DNA of 64,000 bases, from positions 17,732,001 to 17,796,000 of the forward strand of contig OZ260664.1 of assembly GCA_965285935.1 (NCBI GenBank). The letters are read 5' to 3'. Positions 52,201 to 64,000 of the stretch are shown one piece after another (within the stretch, counting starts at the first letter, position 1; each line of letters begins with the position of its first letter). Below the pieces are notes generated by a model. That model did no database searches. It was given only the letters and a program-made list of their open reading frames with translations, and was not told where the DNA came from. The translations under genes and the position numbers were made by a program. This DNA is from Ophelia neglecta. Its lineage: Eukaryota.

Positions 52201-55200
52201 TATGGCAGATTTTCGGGGAAAAAGTCCCTGCTGAGTATGCTCCCTTCATGTAAATGTAAAATTCCCCCCCCCCCCCCCCAATCCACATATTTTCTTGGTA
52301 CTAACCAAATTCCTCCTCTTGGTCCTAGGTACAAAGTAGATGTTCCCTGCCAATCCAGATACAAAATAGATGCCATGCCGTAAGTCAACACTACCTTCCA
52401 TGGCATAATTGCTATTTTAACATAGCAATCCGCCTTAAATTGACTTTGAACAAAGACTTCAGCATATATAATGTATTATTGGTGAAAAGGTTTTTATTCG
52501 TGAATGACATACTTGCCATATATAAGTATAGGCTAGTAGCAATTAAATATATATGGTCTTTTGACGAAACTAAATTAGAATATAATTGTTTTATTAGCAG
52601 ACTGCCTAGCATCTTAGACCCGGTCATTTTACAGGTAACCCCCCCCCCCCAGCTGGTACCTCAGATAAGCGAAACTATTAATAAAGTACCATGTGATTCA
52701 CCTGACCAATCAGAGGGATTCCGTTCTAGCGGAAGAATCACCCGACTGGTCGACTGGTCATTCTCGGCTTCAACACGGGACAGAGCAGACCCACCAGACG
52801 AGTGCATACCCACCAAAACGCTTGCTAAATTATGTTAATGCTTTTTTTTTATAGTTAATTTTTTATCCACACAGGTCTAAATTTCAGATTATTTTGCAGA
52901 CAATCGACTACAAAGACGTAGAACCGTTTTTATAATATATTTATCATAATGTTGGCACAATGTTAAATAAAGTCTCCTGGCAACACGGATAAGCACCCTC
53001 TATCTAATTTTTTCGACATAAATTAAAGCATGCAGCGGTGAAAGCAATCAGATCATCAGCCAAACCTCCTACTAAGAAAATAACTAATCCCACTATGGGT
53101 ATATTTTCCTTAATATAATTCCCTACAACGTCATTTTGGAGGAAATCACCAGTTTCGATCCAGTCAGTAATATATTTAAGGCACATCACTGACCACATAA
53201 TCACAATAGCCACGCCCATGTAGAAGCGTAGTACACAATCCTCGTGGTAAGGCATCATTTTAATCGTCTGGTTTGACCTGCCTTGTATAAATCCCGAGGT
53301 AATTATTCCAACAGGAATAGGAGTCATCACAGTGAAGAACACGAGTGTACCTATAAAGGCGTCCTGTCGGAATCCACCTCCTTGAAATGCGGTATGGTGA
53401 CCTGTCAGGAAGGCGAGTGTGAACCAGGAATGCCACGCCATCGTGGTCGGGCCTAAAGAGCCTCAGTGAGAACGATGTTAATGTCCTGGAAAGACAAAAA
53501 AGAGTGAAATTGAAGCAGTTGTATTCCCATAAGCAATAGTTAATGAGTTCGTAGCTATGATAATTTGGGGAAGGAAGAAGGAGCCACAATGTTTCCACCA
53601 CAATATGAAAATGGCAAGACTATTTCAAAGAAACTTCCTGCACTATGTACTTCCTGCACTATGTACTCCAGATATATTAACTTTTTCTCTGTTCAGAGTA
53701 AGGATCTACTGAGCCGAAAGGATACGTATTTAAACGTTCAATTGTGATTCAAGGTCTGTAAAAGTATGTTAAAGTATACTGAGCTGAACTCTATATTATA
53801 GTATTCATGCTACATGTACATATATTAGTATAAGTAAGATGGACGTTAACAGAGTGCCGAGTTAGTTCGACAATATAGTACTACATTGGAAACAAGTCAA
53901 ATATGAGAATCCGGCTACTTCAACTAAAGTGGTATAAATGTGTACATGTATTGGATATAAGTTTGAGCATTGCCATCCATAGGTGAAATTTCAGAAGTGC
54001 TTAATCTAACGACGAATTAATGCCTCTCCCACGCAGCCCATTGTTACGATGGATACCTATACCCATTGAAGGGTCCTGTCCTCTAAACCTATGAGAATGA
54101 CTAGCGCTGTACTTCTTTTTATATAAAGTAAACCATCGGTTCTCTACTGCTATATACCATCGTCCCCCTGAAATGGTCTTTCACAGAATGTGTTGACAGA
54201 ATTTGTAATAAATCGGATTCGTCCTCGGTTACTCGCTGAGAGTTCGCAATTTATGTTGCTGAGATAGTTTGTAAGGAGATAAGTAATAATATCTATTGAG
54301 AAGTACCTTAACCTTCGCGTCCGTCTCGACTGCTTTATATACAGGATTTCCCCAAAAGGCCTCACACTAAATCCCATTATTTCTATACCAAGCAAGTCGT
54401 GTGGACGACACAGTAGATCTACAAGCTGGGCTAGCTAGACAGTTGTTAGTTGCTGCCAAACCGGACACAACTAAATGAATCCAGGATCAGTGAGTGAAGC
54501 ACATAGCTTTGGCAATAGCCCTTATCATTGGCTCACATCTAACAGCCTGACATTATGCATTTATAAGCTAAACAGGTCGAATAGCTGCTACACCTATAAA
54601 GTCCTCTATAGTGTTTAGATAAATCCAAATATGAAGATATGCAGCAACTTCCCGATACGGCTTTCCAGCACCCACCCCAGCCATAGCCCACTCCCTTAGC
54701 TACCACCCAACCCCAACCCCACCTCCAACTGACGTCGATATAAATTAACTGACCCTTGGTGACATTAGATAACATTTGCCTCCAAAAAAGACACTTCCCT
54801 GAGTCAACCGTACTATCATATGGCTATCAAACGATCAAATAAAAATGCATCCGCTGCATATCATTGGCTCCTACCAAAAACCATCTAATACCCAACTGTG
54901 CAAATACAACTATTCAGTACTTTATGCAAATTACTGCACATATATAAATTAATGAAAAATAAACAATATGCGCCCATTTCGAAACACTTATCTTCTGGAC
55001 TGAGCCCATATATAACGGAATGACATCCACATACATCATTATATACCGGGTCAGAAGCTTTGAACGAATTGGTCCCAGCAGAGCTAAGTGTGAGTTTAAT
55101 ATTCAGTCAGTAAATAAAGCAGACATGTTATTTGTTCTGAAATTTTTCTCATTGATCGGACGTGCTAGTGCGGAAGCAAGTAGGTGCAATAACACTATAA

Positions 55201-56690
55201 ATCTAAAGGCATCGCTTGCTTTTCTTAATGCCCTATCAGAAGTGTAGGAAAAGTGCATATAGTTGATAGTATAAGTAAGTTCTTGTTAGCTTGTGTATGA
55301 GTGAATGTCTATAATTTTGTCAGAGCAAGTAAATTTGTATTAATCCCTGCTGAGATATATATTGTTTCCAGCTGTTATGAACGCAAAAGAATATCAGAAC
55401 ACTTGCAAAATGTAGCAAACTAACTGCATTCAATGCGGAACATTTAAAATTCACAGGAAAAAATCCTCATATGTAGATAATCTCAAACAGTCAACACATT
55501 GAACAGTACTGATTGGGCATGTGTGAATAAATGTATAGATTGCTGGAAGAAACATCATGTCGGAAATGATATTTCGTGACTCCATTTTTGAGTGACGCGA
55601 TAAGACCTCGTTACCAATGAATGTATTATAATAGGCACGTCGCGCTAATGCCTGTATATTTAAACCGTTCCAATTGAAAATACCTAGTTGAGGAAATATA
55701 TCACCCCCGGAAACTGCTCAATATATTTTATTCTTGGTATCGACAAGAAATGTGACAAATCCGAACAATTTAATCACCGTGGACGAACATTATAAGGCTG
55801 CGTGAGAGCTTGTTTATTTTAATCAATAACGAAAATATGATTGGTTTTGGTGACGAAGAGGAGCATCTTAATGAAAATCAAGCTGGCTTTCGCAATAGTT
55901 AAAAGACAAGTCACCAATGTTCTGGACTATATGATACACAGTGTTAGTCTGTTGGGTCTGTTGCTATAGCATTATATCATCGATATTATTGAGGTGGATA
56001 AACCGGTCCTATATATAAACGCGATTGATCCGAATATGATATAAACTCCACCATATAAGTTAAAAATTAGTCACGAGAGACAATATTAAAGCACGTCCTA
56101 TTTACGGGGTATGTGTGTATAGATTTGTAAATTCGCACACAAGTAGGCATATATAGCCATAGTTTACAAGGCATTCGGACTATTGCCTTGCAGCATTATA
56201 CTTTTTTTTTCATTTTATTTGTATTGGTCACAGACTTTTCGTGTGCCATGTTTTGTATTTGATTACATAGGCCTAAAAACCAGGGAAATTGTGGGATTGT
56301 CAAGCATGCTTGTGAAATGATTATAAACTTTGTAATACTGATTAAATCTAGAAAGCTGCTGTTTTTATTGTTGTCTGTGATAAAAAAAAAAGGTTAAAGA
56401 TAAATATCATTATTTGTCCCGATTTTGGAGTAATCTGTAGACAATCGGGTAACCATTTCCACGTAACTTTATAATACAATTCGCAGGACTCTCACAGGCA
56501 AATTACCTCGTTATCTTTGCAAATACAGTGAAACCTGTGAAATAAGACCACCCAATGGACTGGAAAATACTGATCTGATTTCAGAGGTGGTCTGTTTAGG
56601 CAGGTAATTTACATTGAAAGTATGCATCACGGTCCTCATAATAGTGGTCTGCAATGACAGGTGGTCTGATTATAGAGGTGGTCTCTAAGC
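49268..56690. repeat. 7.4-kb tandem unit 2 (7423 bp)
   Basis: Junction GTCTCTAAGC|TATTTCCTCC at both 49267/49268 and 56690/56691. Confidence 0.97.
53004..53485 (-). CDS. Membrane-protein exon, copy 2
   Basis: Open 145-aa ORF with 6 amino-acid differences from copy 1. Confidence 0.5.
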
Positions 56691-59600
56691 TATTTCCTCC
56701 CCACCCCAACCGGTGAACCTTACCAGAATTGTGCTAACGTCATACATTTGAAGCTTTCAAATATTGTTTAAGCATGATAGATAACTAATAAATATGTACA
56801 AAAAACTTGATAAAAGGTTTTTTGTTCTCCTCTACAGTTATATGCCTAGTTAAACGTTAACATTATATATCAATGGATACAGAACAGAATATGCCTTCCA
56901 GGGCTGCTCTGTGAGTAATAATGATGCTGCCATAGTCATATTGACCGTGTTTACTGCAATATAAAGCATAGAGGTACCCTCGAAGCCATGCAGCTTGGCT
57001 ACCACATGAATATATGGCAGTTTATGATGGATAAGATATTTGATTAGTTGTTTTTCACTATTAAAAACAATTGACTTGAAATTATGTAACGAATGGGGGA
57101 AGCAATTATCAACCATAGTAAACTGTGCCACTGCCTTGTCTCTAGACTTTGAAGTCAGGAGCAGACACGTTTAGTATAAAAATCTCACGGTGCGTGGCGT
57201 GTAATTAAATTGGCTTCGTATACTGATAAACTTTAACGAAAAGATCAATAAAAAGCATCCCATTAATAAGGGGTCCATTCTGTATTTCACCTATATGTTA
57301 TAACTAAACTTATTATTTAATTTCCTAAATGTAATCCATCATAGGGTAACGTTTGTGAAATTCACCCATCGTTTAATTTCGCGCAGTCAGTAGCCTGATT
57401 CCGACTTCCTACGAGGAATAAGCCTACTTTCTGCGGAATTAATCGATGCGGTTTATTATCTGACTTCTCCCTATTGATGGCAATACATGTCAGGTGTATT
57501 ACAGTTCACGTACGTTATAATATACTCCTGACCATGCTATTTCCTCCTTTATTCTGTTAAAAATTCAACTATTCATGACCATTTAAAGTATAAGCATTTA
57601 TTTCCAGTACACCAAGAATATGCAAAAATAAAACGGGATCCGCGAACCGACAATCTCCTGATTATGACCCCCAAGAGATAGAACCACAGCTAGTTAGTGT
57701 ACATGTTAAGAACACATGTGAAATTGATAGGGCTGGTTACTCTACGGCAAAGAATCAAAGATGTAATATAGATTACCTACATAATAAATTAGAGAAATCG
57801 AAGAATAATGAATTATTATATGAAGGTTTATTTTGCTCTGTTTTATCAGAATAATTCTCACAGCTTACCTAAGCAGAAACACAAATCTTAGATATTAGAT
57901 ATAGCGGAAAAAGACACAAGAAATGGGTAGAGTGTTTATTAACTGGACAACATCTTTACTCATGTGTCTATAACTGTTTTTATTTGTTGTCCTACAAAGC
58001 GACGCTAGCATGCGATGGGCTTGTGGCCTGACAAGCCGCGCAACTTGTATTTACACAAGCATCGCTCTCGTGTTAACATCCACGGTCCGCTGCTCCTATT
58101 TATTGAGGAGTGACAATAGCCACAAGGGCGTTGCCAGCATACGCGGTCTGAACACACGGAATTTCTATAAACCATGTTAAATGTATTGGCCGGAATATTT
58201 AGGTGAAAATAGTTTTACCGGAAAATTAAAAGAGTTTAATTTCAATGACAAGTAAACAACCATGTATCACTTAAGGACAATTTTTAGGTAAAATCTTCCC
58301 ATCAATCTGACTTGATGGCCGGTTACTTCACTTAAGGCCTGGGAAACATGCAAGGCGACTGCAGACATGATTAGTTTATGTGAAAAGGATATCCACAACC
58401 CTTCTCCTAGTTACATGTACATAACATCCAGAACTTGTCCCAGTTCAGTCCATCTCAAATGTTTGAATTTCTCAAGCAAGCACACGTTTCTTATTCCAAA
58501 GTCGTTAATTTAGAATAAGCCAATGTGACTTATGTTTCCTTACATAGGAAAGCGCCCAAACATACTTGTTCACTATCAAATACTAAACAAGTTGATATTT
58601 CCTCCCCACCCCAACCGGTGAACCTTACCAGAATTGTGCTAACGTCATACATTTGAAGCTTTCAAATATTGTATAAGCATGCTAGATAACTAATAAATAT
58701 GTACAAAAAATCACCTCTATTGTTATATGCCTAGTTAAACGTTAACATTATATATCAATGGATGCAGAACAGTTTCTTACTTGCTTTAACCGTCTGTGCG
58801 TTGATATAAATTCGATTATTCCGTATTTCAACTCACGCAGGAGCAGTACGTTAGCAATTCACCACCACTCTGGTAACTAAATTATTTTGTCAGATAGAGC
58901 TTACAAAAATGTCAAACGGACAAAAATTCCGTCTAGTTTATGCACTTCTGACTGGCTGAAACTGGTTTGTGTACTGTGCGGTTAATGATTAATTGATCAT
59001 GAGAAGTGACGCAACATTATGAAACTTGTAGTGGGGGGGGGGGGGGGGGATAGTTGTTTATGAAAACAAACAATTGTTGGCCGTTTCCATAGTTGCCTGA
59101 ATGTTGTTTTTATAACTGGTGGGATAAAAATTGGTGTGCGTGCAAACAAAACGATCGCAAACAATCATTTAGCTACATTTACTTGTACAAAGAAAACTAG
59201 TTGCACATTTTCAACAAATGAGTACCAATCCAGCCTCTCTCCTACCCCCCCCCCTCTCTCCTAACCCCCCCCCCCCGCACAGACACAAACACTCAGACTA
59301 ACTCCAGCCACCACCACTCCGCCCCATCCCTTATGTCTGTAGATTCTGGCATCATGTCAGATGATGATTTGACAATGTGTTTATAAAACTTTACGTTATA
59401 TTTAAAATTTTCATGAAGATAGTTAGAGCAGTGTGTTAGTTGGCCTTCTATCGATGGACAGAAAACATGAAGCATGACAATCAGGACACAAAACAATAAC
59501 CTTAGTGAAAACAATTGGTCACCGTGCTATTTGTTTTTAAAAAAGCTGACTTAGAATCATCCAGGATTAGCCAAAAAATACCCCTAGTTAGCTACATTTA

Positions 59601-62600
59601 TATCAGTTTTACAACATTTGTTTTTAAAATTATTGTGGCAGATTTTCGGGGAAAAAGTCCCTGCTGAGTATGCTCCCTTCATGTAAATGTAACCCCCCCC
59701 CCCCCCAATCCACATATTTTCTTGGTACTAACCAAATTCCTCCTCTTGGTCCTAGGTACAAAGTAGATGTTCCCTGCCAATCCAGATACAAAATAGATGC
59801 CATGCCGTAAGTCAACACTACCTTCCATGGTATAATTGCTATTTTAACATAGCAATCCGCCTTAAATTGACTTTGAACAAAGACTTCAGCATATATAATG
59901 TATTATTGGTGAAAAGGTTTTTATTCGTGAATGACATACTTGCCATATATAAGTATAGGCTAGTAGCAATAAAATATATATGGTCTTTTGACGAAACTAA
60001 ATTAGAACATAATTGTTTTATTAGCAGACTGCCTAGCATCTTAGACCCGGTCATTTTACAGGTAACCCCCCCCCCCCCAGCTGGTACCTCAGATAAGCGA
60101 AACTATTAATAAAGTACCATGTGATTCACCTGACCAATCAGAGGGATTCCGTTCTAGCGGAAGATTCACCCGACTGGTCGACTGGTCATTCTCGGCTTCA
60201 ACACGGGACAGAGCAGACCCACCAGACGAGTGCATACCCACCAAAACGCTTGCTAAATTATGTTAATGCTTTTTTTTTAAAGTTAATTTTTTATCCACAC
60301 AGGTCTAAATTTCAGATTATTTTGCAGACAATCGACTACAAAGACGTAGAACCGTTTTTATAATATATTTATCATAATGATGGCACAATGTTAAATAAAG
60401 TCTCCTGGCAACACGGATAAGCACCCTCTATCTAATTTTTTCGACATAAATTAAAGCATGCAGCGGTGAAAGCAATCAGATCATCAGCCAAACCTCCTAC
60501 TAAGAAAATAACTAATCCCACTATGGGTATATTTTCCTTAATATAATTCCCTACAACGTCATTTTGGAGGAAATCACCAGTTTCGATCCAGTCAGTAGTA
60601 TATTTAAGGCACATCACTGACCACATAATCACAATAGCCACGCCCATGTAGAAGCTTAGTACACAATCCTCGTGGTAAGGCATCATTTTAATCGTCTGGT
60701 TTGACCTGCCTTGTATAAATCCCGAGGTAATTTTTCCAACAGGAATAGGAGTCATCACAGTGAAGAACACGAGTGTACCTATAAAGGCGTCCTGTCGGAA
60801 TCCACCTCCTTGAAATGCGGTATGGTGACCTGTCAGGAAGGCGAGTGTGAACCAGGAATGCCACGCCATCGTGGTCGGGCCTAAAGAGCCTCAGTGAGAA
60901 CGATGTTAATGTCCTGGAAAGACAAAAAAGAGTGAAATTGAAGCAGTTGTATTCCCATAAGCAATAGTTAATGAGTTCGTAGCTATGATAATTTGGGGAA
61001 GGAAGAAGGAGCCACAATGTTTCCCCCACAATATGAAAATGGCAAGACTATTTCAAAGAAACTTCCTGCACTATGTACTTCCTGCACTATGTACTCCAGA
61101 TATATTAACTTTTTCTCTGTTCAGAGTAAGGATCTACTGAGCCGAAAGGATACGTATTTAAACGTTCAATTGTGATTCAAGGTCTGTAAAAGTATGTTAA
61201 AGTATACTGAGCTGAACTCTATATTATAGTATTCATGCTACATGTACATATATTAGTATAAGTAAGATGGACGTTAACAGAGTGCCGAGTTAGTTCGACA
61301 ATATAGTACTACATTGGAAACAAGTCAAATATGAGAATCCGGCTACTTCAACTAAAGTGGTATAAATGTGTACATGTATTGGATATATCGTGATGGGGTA
61401 GTAAGTTTGAGCATTGCCATCCATAGGTGTAATTTCCGAAGTGCTTAATCTAACGAAGAATTAATGCCTCTCCCACGCAAGCCATTGTTACGATGGATAC
61501 CTACCCATTGAAGAGTCCTGTCCTCTAAACCTATGAGAATGACTAGCGCTGTACTTCTTTTTATATAAAGTAAACCATCGGTTCTCTACTGCTATATACC
61601 ATCGTCCCCCTGAAATGGTCTTTCACAGAATGTGTAAGAAATCGGATTCGTCCTCGGTTACTCGCTGAGAGTTCGCAATTTATGTTGCTGAGATAGTTTG
61701 TAAGGAGATAAGTAATAATATCTATTGAGAAGTACCTTAACCTTCGCGTCCGTCCCGACTGCTATATATACAGGATTTCCCCAAAAGGCCTCACACTAAA
61801 ACCCATTATTTCTATACCAAGCAAGTCGTGTGGACGACACAGTAGATCTACAAGCTGGGCTAGCTAGACAGTTGTTAGTTGCTGCCAAACCGGACACAAC
61901 TAAATGAATCCAGGATCAGTGAGTGAAGCACATAGCTTTGGCAATAGCCCTTATCATTAACTCACATCTAACAGCCTGACATTATGCATTTATATGCTAA
62001 ACAGGTCGAATAGCTGCTACACCTATAAAGTCCTCTATAGTGTTTAGATAAATCCAAATATGAAGATATGCAGCAACTTCCCGATACGGCTTTCCAGCAC
62101 CCACCCCAGCCACAGCCCACCCCCTTAACTACCACCCAACCCCTACCCCACCTCCAACTGACGTCGATTTAAATTAACTGACCCTTGGTGACATTAGATG
62201 ACATTTGCCTCCAAAAAAGACACTTCCCTGAGTCAACCGTACTATCATATGGCTATCAAACGATCAAATAAAAATGCATCCGCTGCATATCATTGGCTCC
62301 TACCAAAAACCATCTAATACCCAACTGTGCAAATACAACTATTCAGTAATTTATGCAAATTACTGCATATATATAAATCAATGAAAAATAAACAATATGC
62401 GCCCATTTCGAAACACTTATCTTCTGGACTGAGCCCATATATAACGGAATGGCATCCACATACATCATTATATACCGGGTCAGAAGCTTTGAACGAATTG
62501 GTCCCAGCAGAGCTAATTGTGAGTTTAATATTCAGTCAGTAAATAAAGCAGACATGTTATTTGTTCTGATATATTTCTCATTGATCGGACGTGCTAGTGC

Positions 62601-64000
62601 GGAAGCAAGTAGGTGCAATAATACTATAAATCTAAAGGCATCGCTTGCTTTTCTTAATGCCCTATCAGAAGTGTAGGAAAAGTGCATATAGTTGATAGTA
62701 TAAGTAAGTTCTTGTTAGCTTGTGTATGAGTGAATGTCTATCATTTTGTCAGAGCAAGTAAATTTGTATTAATCCCTGCTGAGATATATATTGTTTCCAG
62801 CTGTTATGAACGCAAAAGAATATCAGAACACTTGCAAAATGTAGCAAACTAACTGCATTCAATGCGGAACATTTAAAATTCACAGGAAAAAATCCTCATA
62901 TGTAGATAATCTCAAACAGTCAACACATTGAACAGTACTGATTGGGCATGTGTGAATAAATGTATAGATTGCTGGAAGAAACATCAAGTCGGAAATGATA
63001 TTTCGTGACTCCATTTTTGAGTGACGCGATAAGACCTCGTTACCAATGAATGTATTATAATAGGCACGTCGCGCTAATGCCTGTATATTTAAACCGTTCC
63101 AATTGAAAATACCTAGTTGAGGAAATATATCACCCCCGGAAACTGCTCAATATATTTTATTCTTGGTATCGACAAGAAATGTGACAAATCCGAACAATTT
63201 AATCACCGTGGACGAACATTATAAGGCTGCGTGAGAGCTTGTTTATTTTAATGAATAACGAAAGTATGATTGGTTTTGGTGACGAAGAGGAGCATCTTAA
63301 TGAAAATCAAGCTGGCTTTCGCAATAGTTAAAAGACAAGTCACCAATGTTCTGGACTATATGATACACAGTGTTAGTCTGTTGGGTCTGTTGCTATAGCA
63401 TTATATCATCGATATTATTGACGTGGATAAACCGGTCCTATATATAAACGCGATTGATCCGAATATGATATAAACTCCACCATATAAGTTAAAAATTAGT
63501 CACGAGAGACAATATTAAAGCACGTCCTATTTACGGGGTATTTGTGTATAGATTTGTAAATTCGCACACAAGTAGGCATATATAGCCATAGTTTACAAGG
63601 CATTCGGACTATTGCCTTGCAGCATTATACTTTTTTTTTTCATTTTATTTGTATTGGTCACAGACTTTTCGTGTGCCATGTTTTGTATTTGATTACATAG
63701 GCCTAAAAACCAGGGAAATTGTGGGATTGTCAAGCATGCTTGTGAAATGATTATAAACTTTGTAATACTGATTAAATCTAGAAAGCTGCTGTTTTTATTG
63801 TTGTCTGTGATAAAAAAAAAAGGTTAAAGATAAATATTATTATTTGTCCCGATTTTGGAGTAATCTGTAGACAATCGGGTAACCATTTCCACGTAACTTT
63901 ATAATACAATTCGCAGGACTCTCACAGGCAAATTACCTCGTTATCTTTGCAAATACAGTGAAACCTGTGAAATAAGACCACCCAATGGACTGGAAAATAC
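56691..64000. repeat. 7.4-kb tandem unit 3 (runs off the window end)
   Basis: Colinear with unit 2 through to the terminal MITE at 63956. Confidence 0.97.
60432..60913 (-). CDS. Membrane-protein exon, copy 3
   Basis: Open 145-aa ORF with a private I->K change (PVGKIT) inside a hydrophobic segment. Confidence 0.45.

Noticed and set aside
52440-52838. 132-aa ORF unique to unit 2, with a faint LRR C-cap resemblance
   Set aside because: It arises from a poly-C length difference and is broken in units 1 and 3.

Overview
AT-rich metazoan (probably marine invertebrate; inference) genomic DNA. It has spliceosomal GT/AG signals and no operons, rRNA, true tRNA or CRISPR array. 1-24 kb: a pseudogenised transposase-like ORF, Harbinger-type MITEs, tRNA-derived SINE heads, decayed Gypsy and LINE relics, and scattered minus-strand remains of a multi-pass membrane-protein gene. 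One reading frame of that gene is split by a 5'-truncated RT/CCHC LINE. 25.2-37.3 kb: two related, near-full-length CR1-group LINEs. Element B (PHD-EN-RT) appears nested in the 3' UTR of element A. 40.2-64 kb: a hierarchical tandem amplification, in which a 1.9-kb duplication was followed by at least three ~7.4-kb units. The unit junction cuts a pogo/Tc1-type MITE, and each unit carries an open 145-aa hydrophobic ORF. I see no clearly intact host gene and cannot support a wholly new biological system. The best leads are the amplified membrane-protein exon, the nested LINE pair and the reconstructable LINE-split ORF.
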